Source: Candidatus Woesearchaeota archaeon
Lineage (GTDB): Archaea; Nanobdellota; Nanobdellia; Woesearchaeales; UBA9642
Length of the DNA: 64,000 nt
Direction: 5' to 3'
Assembly (NCBI GenBank): GCA_013330595.1
Contig: DUIB01000009.1
Location: 74-64,073 of the forward strand
Shown here: piece after piece, positions 19,977 to 28,456 of the stretch
Position numbering within the stretch: position 1 is the stretch's first letter
Layout of the letters: each line of letters starts with the position of its first letter
Made by a program: the position numbers and the translations under genes
Notes under the pieces: generated by a model
Seen by the model: only the letters and a program-made list of their open reading frames with translations
The model's database searches: none
What the model was told of the DNA's origin: nothing

Positions 19977-20681
19977 TTATTTCTTCCACATGTATTCAAA
20001 ATAATTCTTATATGTTTGTGCAATGCTCTTGTTTTTTATGAATATGATTAATGGAGTGTCTGTAAGTGTGTGTATTGCAACTTTATCATCAAATATAGTT
20101 GTTGTAGATTCCGCATCGACTTTATCGACAAATTTTATCTTAACATTTTTAAGTTTAGTCATAGGATGTTTTTTTAACTTTGAGTCCACAATCATTCTTC
20201 CCTTAATTTTCAACATCTGAGATTCTTTGATTATATGTCCTAACTCATATTTCAATACATCGTAGCTTTTTCCTGTAGCGCCAAAAACCATTATCTCTCT
20301 CGATTTTAACATATTCTCATATAATACTTTCAATCCTTTTTTTCCTTCATAAATCTCTGCTTCTTGTATATTCTCTTGAAGTTTTTGTATTGACTTTAGC
20401 TCAGGAATAATATTACTTATTAAATGCTCTTTTTCTTTGAATGAAATTAATATTGAATCAGGATTTGTTGCTGCGAAATATTTTTTGTTTTCTTTGACTA
20501 TATATCCTGCATAACCTTTTGCAATAAGATTATTAAGAAGTTGATAACACAAAGTCCTATCCATAGAGAGTTTTTTTGCTAAATCATTTGCCGAGATTGA
20601 TCCTCTCTTCAATAATTCAAGATAGATCTTGGCTTCATTTCCTGTAAACCCTGCAATCTTAAGCTTTTCTATTAGATCCAT
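19977..20681 (-). CDS. TrmB family transcriptional regulator
   Basis: GFT.NEAKIY..LL..G...A..LA......R...Y..L..L..KG; YEGKKG. Confidence 0.85.
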   Translation of the reverse strand: MDLIEKLKIAGFTGNEAKIYLELLKRGSISANDLAKKLSMDRTLCYQLLNNLIAKGYAGYIVKENKKYFAATNPDSILISFKEKEHLISNIIPELKSIQKLQENIQEAEIYEGKKGLKVLYENMLKSREIMVFGATGKSYDVLKYELGHIIKESQMLKIKGRMIVDSKLKKHPMTKLKNVKIKFVDKVDAESTTTIFDDKVAIHTLTDTPLIIFIKNKSIAQTYKNYFEYMWKK

Positions 20682-20712
20682 AATATAGTTTGTGTGTGTA
20701 TATTAATAAATG

Positions 20713-20732
20713 TTGTTATTAAAACTAACAAC
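20713..20732. promoter_or_regulatory. Palindromic operator candidate between the divergent trmB and prenyltransferase-fold genes
   Basis: gttgtta-ttaaaac-taacaac. Confidence 0.45.
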
Positions 20733-20769
20733 TAAAATATAAATAAGTCAAGATAACCACTCTTTAGTT

Positions 20770-21990
20770 ATGAAACCTACCAATGTTATCAAATGGAAAA
20801 TAGTGCATACTCTAAAACCGAGATGGTTTGAATATGGAGTTTATATTCATTCTTTACCTTTCAACGCAATGTCAGCATACGCGGGATATGTATTTACACA
20901 TGACCTATATACGACGATTGTCGCTGCTTTTGCTCCACAAATCACCGAATATTGTTTCTTTAGAATGATTGAATCAGGAATCATCGGTCCAAAAGTAAAT
21001 GATGAGAATGTCCTAAAAAAAGAATTTAATAAAACACCTAAAGCTTTACTTCTAAAATCTAGATTTAAAGATAAATTGTATGATTCATTATACAAAGCAA
21101 TCACATTCATAGAAAATCAACAACAAAAAGATGGTTCATGGAGAGATTTCTATTCGAAATATCATGGTCAAAGTGTTGATTGGGTAACTGCTTATGTCTC
21201 AAATCGATTAATTGAAACAGGAGTAGCACCTAGACATTTAAAAAAAACCGCGAAGTTTCTTGTTAACAGACAAAAAAATGGCGGATGGGGATATAATGAA
21301 ATTGCACAACAAGATGCAGATTCAACAGCAAATGTCCTGGAATTTTTAAGTAATTATAAAAACGCATACAAAAATGAAATTAATGATGGATTACAATTTC
21401 TATTGTCACATCAGACAGAAAATGGCGGATTTAAGACATATATTGAAAATAATCTTAGAAAATCTGAGCGCTTCTCAGGGGAAATTTCTTTAGACGGATG
21501 GTGTAGCGAATGTATAGATGTTACTATAAATGCTATAAACACCTTAGATAAATTCGAAGAATATGATCTCTCTAAGGTAAAAGCAGAGAAATATTTAGAA
21601 GATAAAGTTAAGGAAAATGATATTCACAGCTATTGGTGGGAATCAGATATTCCTATGAAAATAGGCGCCATAAAATCTGACACGGGAAAAATAATAGAAC
21701 TTTACGAGATGCAAGATAATAATATGAGTCATTATATTCGAGCAATGTTTCTTAGTGCTTTAGATGATTCAAACATTAAACTTAGAAAGAATCTTGCTGA
21801 AAAATTAATATATTCACAGAGGCAAGATGGAAGTTGGGAGAGTGGAGCAATTCTTAGATTCCCACATCCATCAAATGAAGAACCATGGAATAATGATCTT
21901 ATGTGGAGAGATCCTGGTAAAGATCAGAATAGGATATACACGACTGCAACCATTATGGCGACTTTATCCTTGTATGGGAGATATCTTTAA
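20770..21990 (+). CDS. Prenyltransferase/squalene-oxidase repeat (terpene cyclase-like) protein
   Basis: Repeated QW motifs QQKDGSW, QKNGGWG, QTENGGF, QRQDGSW; DADSTA. Confidence 0.75.
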   Translation: MKPTNVIKWKIVHTLKPRWFEYGVYIHSLPFNAMSAYAGYVFTHDLYTTIVAAFAPQITEYCFFRMIESGIIGPKVNDENVLKKEFNKTPKALLLKSRFKDKLYDSLYKAITFIENQQQKDGSWRDFYSKYHGQSVDWVTAYVSNRLIETGVAPRHLKKTAKFLVNRQKNGGWGYNEIAQQDADSTANVLEFLSNYKNAYKNEINDGLQFLLSHQTENGGFKTYIENNLRKSERFSGEISLDGWCSECIDVTINAINTLDKFEEYDLSKVKAEKYLEDKVKENDIHSYWWESDIPMKIGAIKSDTGKIIELYEMQDNNMSHYIRAMFLSALDDSNIKLRKNLAEKLIYSQRQDGSWESGAILRFPHPSNEEPWNNDLMWRDPGKDQNRIYTTATIMATLSLYGRYL

Positions 21991-21993
21991 TTA

Positions 21994-23844
21994 TTATTCT
22001 CCCTTATACTTCTTCACTAATTCCATGATCCTTGATCCAGGGAATTTGCCTCTGTACTTCTTCATGGTTTCGCCCATTAAGGCTGCAGAATTCAGATTAG
22101 GATGTTTGGATATCAGGTTGACAATGAATGATATCAATTCTTCTTCATTTGTTTTGTATATAGAGAAATCAATTGTATTGCCTTTTGCATATTCGACCAT
22201 GATCTCTATTATTGCTTCTTTTGCTAGGTCTCCTGAATTTAATTTTGCTAATATATTATCAGCCAGCTCTCTGAATCTTTCCAATTCAACATCAATCTCA
22301 AGATTGAATCTTGTCTTTACTTCTTTTGGTGTTGAAACCAAAATCTCAGCAATCGTTACTGGTTTTACTTGAGGATATTTCTTTACAAATATTTCAAAAT
22401 CATTCTCAAAAACTAATTCCTTTGCAACCTGTGCAGGCAATGAGTATTTTTTTTCAAATCTCACCACTTTATCCTTAATCAATTCTGGCATCTCAATTTC
22501 ACTTAGATCAGGGATTATTGTCTTTACATCTGTCTCGGGATACATTCTTGAGCTTCCAGGCATTGGCCTTAAGAATGATGATGTTCCATCTTCTCGAGCA
22601 TTGCGCACTTCTTTTGACAATCCTTTATCATAGAATGATTTGATTGTTTCATCAATCTTATTAAATGCAAATTTGCATTTTTCTTCTGTCCCGATAATCA
22701 TTATCAACGAATCTGAATCATCAAGATTCAATGCGTCATAAATTTTCTTTACTTCATCAGCAATCTTATATTTATTCAGATCCTCATCTGTATGTATCAA
22801 TCCGTTTAATCCAAATGCTTTTATCCTGTCGCTCAATTCTGAGCCAAATCTTCTGGAAGGATTGACTTCAAATCCGAAAAACCCTTTGAAATCCTTATAG
22901 AATTTTCCATAAACTCTTGAATCAACATTCTTTTTTATCATAGAACTCTTAGTATCAGAAAAATATTCAGTTAAATCTATAATTTCATTTGATAAATCAA
23001 GTTTTTTTATTCTTGCTCTTATCTCATCACGTAATTTCAACATAGTTAATTGTCTTAACACTTCAAGCTCAACAACAGTATCAATCATCCTTAAATCCTG
23101 AACACCTTTAATTTCTGTTCTTGCACCTTCTGCAATTGATACATTAACATCTTGCCTGATTGTTCCGAGTCCTCTCTTGACTTTTCCAGTAGAACGAAGC
23201 ATCATTCCAATAAATCCTGCAATATCCTTAACTTGTTTAGCTGTTCTCATATCAGGACCCGTCGCAATCTCAATCAATGGAATTCCTAATCTATCAAGAC
23301 GATAAATATCATGATCCTGGTCTCTTGAAATAATCCTTGCTGCATCCTCTTCCAAACATAATGTATCAATCTTTATCCTGTTTAATTTTTCATCACTTTC
23401 AACTTCAATAAAACCATTTCTTGCAATCAATGCAGTCCTCTGAAATCCAGATGTATTAGAACCATCAACAACAGTCTTTCTCATGACATGCACTTGATTA
23501 ACTGTCTCTGCATTCATCATCTTTGATAATTGAAGAACAATCTTCAATGCTTCAGGATTGATATTGAATGGGGGGCATTCATCAAGCTCAACGTCGCAGA
23601 TAGTATCATTATAGTATTCATACACATAATGTTTCTGCTTAGACATCTCATATGCAGCAGCAATATCAACAGATCCTGTCTCACCAGCACTTGCTCTTAA
23701 TACTCTCTTGATAGTTTTGTCAGGAGCATCCTCCCTAATATCAGAAGGACAATTGCAGAACAACTTATTTGTATCAAGCTGCTGATGTATCTCCAATCCG
23801 GCTTTTAGGCCTAGTTTGGCATAATCCACATCTCTCATGAGCAT
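21994..23844 (-). CDS. gatE: Glu-tRNA(Gln) amidotransferase subunit E
   Basis: GLEIHQQL..KLFC, VVDGSNTSGFQRT, RLDRLGIPLIEIATGPD, RPMPGSSRMYPETD. Confidence 0.96.
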   Translation of the reverse strand: MLMRDVDYAKLGLKAGLEIHQQLDTNKLFCNCPSDIREDAPDKTIKRVLRASAGETGSVDIAAAYEMSKQKHYVYEYYNDTICDVELDECPPFNINPEALKIVLQLSKMMNAETVNQVHVMRKTVVDGSNTSGFQRTALIARNGFIEVESDEKLNRIKIDTLCLEEDAARIISRDQDHDIYRLDRLGIPLIEIATGPDMRTAKQVKDIAGFIGMMLRSTGKVKRGLGTIRQDVNVSIAEGARTEIKGVQDLRMIDTVVELEVLRQLTMLKLRDEIRARIKKLDLSNEIIDLTEYFSDTKSSMIKKNVDSRVYGKFYKDFKGFFGFEVNPSRRFGSELSDRIKAFGLNGLIHTDEDLNKYKIADEVKKIYDALNLDDSDSLIMIIGTEEKCKFAFNKIDETIKSFYDKGLSKEVRNAREDGTSSFLRPMPGSSRMYPETDVKTIIPDLSEIEMPELIKDKVVRFEKKYSLPAQVAKELVFENDFEIFVKKYPQVKPVTIAEILVSTPKEVKTRFNLEIDVELERFRELADNILAKLNSGDLAKEAIIEIMVEYAKGNTIDFSIYKTNEEELISFIVNLISKHPNLNSAALMGETMKKYRGKFPGSRIMELVKKYKGE

Positions 23845-23884
23845 GAAGAAAGGAATCCTGAATTTAAATGTTGCGGAAGAATAA

Positions 23885-24217
23885 AAAATATCCCAGCATG
23901 TTTAGCTTGACTATTCCAACGAGGCGATTATTGTTGTTGTCTAGATTGTTCCTAGCATTAGCATTTGAATTATTGTTGAGCCTGGAAACAAACCACAAGT
24001 GCCCCCAGAGTAGCTCTTTCACTGAAAGTATGCACTGCCACTTCATTTCTAACAGAAATCCACAGATTTCTGGAAGATCCCAAAAATGTTTCATTTTTGA
24101 TATCTGTCGTAGCTGTATTTTATAACAACATCCGCATGTTATCGTAGTGAAAGGGCATGTAGTCCAGCTACTCCATATCGCACGATTTTTCGGAAATCAT
24201 GCAAAGTGCTGGGATAA
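23885..24217 (-). ncRNA. Putative DGR template RNA enclosing the TR
   Basis: 10-bp terminal inverted repeat (23889-23898 / 24207-24216), four internal hairpins, TATA-like box at about 24237-24245 (minus), U-run after the 3' arm. Confidence 0.65.
23911..24004 (-). repeat. DGR template repeat (TR)
   Basis: 94-nt ungapped match to 24403-24496; 13 of 14 mismatches are at TR adenines (minus strand); 11 AAY codons. Confidence 0.95.
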
Positions 24218-24259
24218 TAAGAACGTTAAAGAAGAAATATAAAAAGTTAATGAAAAAAA

Positions 24260-25045
24260 TTACAATTTTACTGAAGGGTCAGCAGAAGGCACATACAACA
24301 ATCCATTGTATTGGAATGCCTTTCCACCAATCAACGCATCCTTGACCTTGTCATCCAATGCAAAAGATGCCTGATTTTTGCTCGCCGACTGCGCCTTCGG
24401 CGCTACCCCAACGAGGCGAACATTGTCGTCGTCTAGATTGCCCCTAGCAATAGCATCTGAATCATTGATGAGCCTGGAAGCAAACCACAAGCGCCCTACG
24501 GGCACGTCTGGAGTGTCACTAACATAGACTCCCATAATCTTGCTGTAGCCATGATCTGCTTTTGCTTTATCGAATGCTTTTCCTGCATATTCTTCAAGCA
24601 GTGCTTGATCTCTAGCTAATGCTTTCCATATTGGGTTTGATATTACTTCTTTTCGTGATAATGATTCTCCTTTTGCGTATTTGTTGAGTTCATCTCTTGT
24701 GAATTCTTGTCCTTCTAACGCCTTGTATTCGTCATCAGAAATGATTAATGCTCCATTCTTTAATTTACTTTGTGGGTTGATTCTTCGCATGATTCCTGAA
24801 TCAAGAACAACCTTAGCATTTCCATTTGTATTGTAGAACTTTGCGTCTCCTGTATCGAAATAATTTTCCCAGAAAGTTTTTATCAGATCTTGGTCTCCAG
24901 AATTTAATGTTTCTAGTCTCCGCTGCATCAATCCCTGCGTTGACATTGGTGTTCTGCCTTCAGCAATAAGTAAAGGCATCTGGTCAGTATTTCTTCCATA
25001 AAATTCCTTATAATCTTTGACTGTATCATTAAGTTGTAAAGCCAT
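24260..25045 (-). CDS. DGR target (variable) protein, probably CLec-fold
   Basis: Contains the VR (GRLWFASRLINDSDAIARGNLDDDNVRLVGV); SD GAGGAGGT; BRE/TATA at about 25095-25109. Confidence 0.88.
   Translation of the reverse strand: MALQLNDTVKDYKEFYGRNTDQMPLLIAEGRTPMSTQGLMQRRLETLNSGDQDLIKTFWENYFDTGDAKFYNTNGNAKVVLDSGIMRRINPQSKLKNGALIISDDEYKALEGQEFTRDELNKYAKGESLSRKEVISNPIWKALARDQALLEEYAGKAFDKAKADHGYSKIMGVYVSDTPDVPVGRLWFASRLINDSDAIARGNLDDDNVRLVGVAPKAQSASKNQASFALDDKVKDALIGGKAFQYNGLLYVPSADPSVKL
24391..24403 (-). promoter_or_regulatory. DGR retrohoming hairpin GCGCC-GAA-GGCGC immediately 3' of the VR
   Basis: Perfect 5-bp GC stem with a GAA loop; absent next to the TR. Confidence 0.85.
24403..24496 (-). 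repeat. DGR variable repeat (VR)
   Basis: Versus TR: 10 A>G, 3 A>T and 1 T>C. Confidence 0.95.
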
Positions 25046-25118
25046 TTTAATTACCTCCTCTTAGGATATATTTTATAAGATATATTAGAACTTATTTATA
25101 AAGGTTTCGATTATTTTG

Positions 25119-25132
25119 CCACTCGATAGTGG
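25119..25132. promoter_or_regulatory. ACT-N4-AGT palindrome 9 nt upstream of the BRE/TATA of the DGR target
   Basis: ccactcgatagtgg; same arrangement at 1418, 44823, 47513 and 55836. Confidence 0.55.
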
Positions 25133-25232
25133 TATCCATATATGATTAAATTGTTGGTGAAACATTTTAAAGCATGACGAAACTTCAAACAGCCATAAAA
25201 TTCAGTTAAAAACTATAAAAACAAGGATTACA

Positions 25233-26864
25233 ATGTACAAAACAATATACGACTACGAAAACCTTGAACGGGCATTCATTAATGCCAGAAAAAGAAAAAC
25301 CAAGAAAAAATATGTAATGGAATTCGAGGACAAGCTTAAGGAAAACCTTCTAAAACTACAGGAAGAATTGAAGTCACAAACCTACAAGCCAAAACCTCTA
25401 GAGATATTTATTCTAAGAGATCCTAAAACAAGAAAAATATCAAAATCAGACTTTAGGGATAGAGTAATTCATCATGCACTCTACAATATCATTGAGCCAA
25501 TATTTGATAAAACATTCATCCATGATTCTTACGCCAACAGATTAACAAAAGGAGCACTAAAAGCTATAGAAAGATTTGATCACTTTAAGAGAAAAGTCTC
25601 AAAGAATAATAAAAGAGACTGTCATTTTCTTAAAGCAGATATTAGGCACTATTTCGATAATGTTGACCACCAAATACTTCTGGACGTCTTAGAAAGAAAG
25701 ATAGAAGACAAAAAAAGTATGTGGCTTATCAAACAAATTCTTAATAACCACAAGGAAAAAGAAGCAGGAAAAGGAATGCCACTAGGAAATCTTACATCTC
25801 AATTCTTTGCTAATGTTTACTTAAATGAGTTGGATCAATATGTAAAACATATTTTGAAGGCAAAATATTATATCAGATATGTTGACGATTTCATTATACT
25901 GCATGATTCTATAGACGTGTTGAAAAATTACGAAGAGAAAATAAATATTTTTTTGAAAGAAGTGCTGAAATTAGAGCTTCATCCAGACAAATCAAAAATC
26001 ATTCGCCTAGACAAAGGAGCTAATTTCTTAGGATTCCGAATATTCTACAATCACAAACTCATAAGAAAAAAGAACTTGAATAAATTCGAGAAAAACTTCA
26101 ACCAACTAAAGCAAGATTATAAAGAAGGAATTATTGACAGAGAAAAAGTCATGGAAAAATTCGAAGGATGGATAGCATACATTAGTCATGCAAATACATA
26201 TAAATATAGAATACACCTGACTAAAGAATTAAACAAAAATTTTCCAATAAAAAAACTAATAAGAATTGTCTATATAAAAAAACATGAAAATCATTTAAAG
26301 AGAACTGAATTGAGTGAGTTTCAGTATAGTCCACAAAAAACCTTGCAATTATTCGAACAAAAATTAAGCATAAAGCAAATTGCTGAACAACGTGGAATAA
26401 AAGAATCTACTGTATGGGGGCATTTCGCTAAACTAATAGAATATAACCAATGCACGGTGTGGGATATATTGCCTAGAGAAAAGGTAATTCTAATTCTTAC
26501 ACGTATTAATAACGAGCTGGACTTATTGAAGAGTATAAAACTAAGATTAAAAGATGAAAGCATAACTTATCCAGAAATAAATTGTGTTCTCGCAAGTGTA
26601 AAAGCAAAAAACAAGAAGAAAAACATTCTCTATCACTTCAAATGGTACAAGAGAAGTCACTGCTACAGAAAATGCTACGAAAATCTAGAACAAAGAAAAA
26701 TTTGCGAAATGAAATTCAAACACTTCATTGCAGAAAATCCTACATGGCAACTAACAAAAAGAGAATTCCTAATTGTCTTCAATAATCAAATGAATATATG
26801 CATTCTTCCTGATAAAGAAAAAAGAAGATACATGGGCTATAAAGAATTCAAGGAAAAGAAATAA
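25233..26864 (+). CDS. DGR reverse transcriptase with C-terminal HTH (RecQ C-terminal/HTH_40-like) and Cys-containing tail
   Basis: FRDRVIHHA, LKADIRHYF, GMPLGNLTSQ (DGR-type), YVDD, FLG; TLQLFEQKLSIKQIAEQRGIKESTVWGH. Confidence 0.93.
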   Translation: MYKTIYDYENLERAFINARKRKTKKKYVMEFEDKLKENLLKLQEELKSQTYKPKPLEIFILRDPKTRKISKSDFRDRVIHHALYNIIEPIFDKTFIHDSYANRLTKGALKAIERFDHFKRKVSKNNKRDCHFLKADIRHYFDNVDHQILLDVLERKIEDKKSMWLIKQILNNHKEKEAGKGMPLGNLTSQFFANVYLNELDQYVKHILKAKYYIRYVDDFIILHDSIDVLKNYEEKINIFLKEVLKLELHPDKSKIIRLDKGANFLGFRIFYNHKLIRKKNLNKFEKNFNQLKQDYKEGIIDREKVMEKFEGWIAYISHANTYKYRIHLTKELNKNFPIKKLIRIVYIKKHENHLKRTELSEFQYSPQKTLQLFEQKLSIKQIAEQRGIKESTVWGHFAKLIEYNQCTVWDILPREKVILILTRINNELDLLKSIKLRLKDESITYPEINCVLASVKAKNKKKNILYHFKWYKRSHCYRKCYENLEQRKICEMKFKHFIAENPTWQLTKREFLIVFNNQMNICILPDKEKRRYMGYKEFKEKK

Positions 26865-26982
26865 TCTTCGCTTTTATCTATAATTCTTCCGGAAAATTCT
26901 GCAAACTGCATTAAAAAAACCAAAACCTTTATATAGTAATTCATTATATTTCATTATGTTTTGTTATAAAAGGTGATGTTTT

Positions 26983-27228
26983 ATGGTTCAGGCAATGGTC
27001 GATATCGGAGAACATGAGGATAGGATCTTGACAATAGTCAAGGGCAAATTCGGTTTTAAGAATAAATCTGATGCAGTGAATTTTGTCATATCAAGATTTG
27101 AGGCTGAACTCTTAGAGCCAGAATTAAGACCTGAATTTGTCCAAAAAATCCAAAAATTAGATAAAAACAAAAAGTTCACAAGTTATAAAACTCTCTCTGA
27201 CTTAAGAAAAGAGATTGAACATGCATAA
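26983..27228 (+). CDS. Antitoxin (DUF2683-like)
   Basis: IVKGKFGFKNKSDA...EPELRPEF; upstream of a RelE-like gene. Confidence 0.7.
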   Translation: MVQAMVDIGEHEDRILTIVKGKFGFKNKSDAVNFVISRFEAELLEPELRPEFVQKIQKLDKNKKFTSYKTLSDLRKEIEHA

Positions 27229-27499
27229 ATTCTCGATTGAAGAAGGCTTGAGGAAAACCTTAAATAAATTATTCAAAAAAGATCGGGTTACTTATGAAAT
27301 TTTAATGAAAAAAATTGAAGAGATATTGTCAAATAATGATATCAGTCATTACAAGAATTTAAGAAGTCCTCTTCAAGATTTCAAAAGAGTCCATGTAAGA
27401 GGACCGTTTATCTTGACTTTCAAATATGTTGAATCAGAAGATAAAATAATATTCTATGATTTTGATCATCATGATTATATTTATAGAAAAGATAAATAA
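27221..27499 (+). CDS. RelE/ParE-family toxin
   Basis: YKNLR.PL...KRVH....F.L.F; DFDHHD.IY. Confidence 0.8.
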   Translation: MHKFSIEEGLRKTLNKLFKKDRVTYEILMKKIEEILSNNDISHYKNLRSPLQDFKRVHVRGPFILTFKYVESEDKIIFYDFDHHDYIYRKDK

Positions 27500-27636
27500 T
27501 TTTCACTCTCATCCGTAATTCTTCCGAAAAATTCTGAGTAATGCATATAAAGAATCGCGTATTATCCTATTCAAAGAAAACCTTTATAAATAAGATAATC
27601 TTACTAATAAGATAATCTTATTATGGAGGGATCGTT

Positions 27637-27894
27637 ATGGCAAGCATCGATATAACAAGCATGAGCTCAAGAGGGCAGATAGTTATACCATTAAATCTGA
27701 GAGAGATGATGGGATTGAAGGAAGGCGAAAAATTTGCAGTCACAGGCAAAGAAGATACTATCATATTGAAGAAAATCCAGATGCCTTCTTTTGATAATTT
27801 CGATAAATTAATGCAGCAAACACAAGAATTTGCTAAGAAGAAAGAAATAAAACAAAAAGATCTTGATAGCGCTGTGCATAGGGCAAGAAAATGA
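27637..27894 (+). CDS. AbrB/MazE-family antitoxin
   Basis: MSSRGQIVIP..LRE..GL.EG; upstream tandem taagataatctta operator. Confidence 0.88.
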   Translation: MASIDITSMSSRGQIVIPLNLREMMGLKEGEKFAVTGKEDTIILKKIQMPSFDNFDKLMQQTQEFAKKKEIKQKDLDSAVHRARK

Positions 27895-28385
27895 ATGTTG
27901 TCTTAGATACAAATATTTTTATAAAAAAAATCCAGAAAATTTATTTCTAATGTATATATTACTGGATTTTTTGTATCCTAAAAATTCATTTCTATTGAAT
28001 TTTTATGATCTCGGGAATATTTTGGAAAGGAGATCCTTATAGGATACTCTTGTTATGGAAAGAAAACAGAATACAACTAATAAATTCAATAGAAATAATT
28101 GCTGAAATATCAAGAACATTATCTGATTTTAAAATTCAATTGTCAGAAGAATTGAAGAAAGGATGGATAACTTTAATTAAAAATAATAGTATTATTGTTG
28201 AGCCTAAAGAAAAAATCGCGATAATAAAAGATGATCCTACAGATAACAAATTTATTGAAGCAGCAATTGAAGGAAAAGCCGATTTTATAATAACAAACGA
28301 TAAACACCTCCTAAAAATCAAACAATTTAGAAATGTAAAGATAATTACGCCAAAAGAGTTCTTAAACACATACTTAACATTATGA
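27891..28385 (+). pseudogene. PIN-domain toxin interrupted by an ~84-87 nt hairpin insertion
   Basis: MNVVLDTNIF at 27891 is in frame with (M)ISGIFWKG at 28005; the insert contains TAA (27948-27950); DPTDNKFIEAA, ITNDKHLL. Confidence 0.8.
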
Positions 28386-28456
28386 TGTCATCTTATCCTA
28401 TTTCTGTATAAATAGCAAATATTATAAATAGGTAACTTTTCTCAAATTTGATTAGA

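Noticed and set aside
23864..24094. 76-aa Asn-rich ORF
   Set aside because: It is the TR read in the VR frame (AAY codons), not a credible protein gene
25233..26864. Group II intron or retron RT
   Set aside because: LGNLTSQ signature plus a TR/VR pair; no intron domain V or retron VTG motif seen
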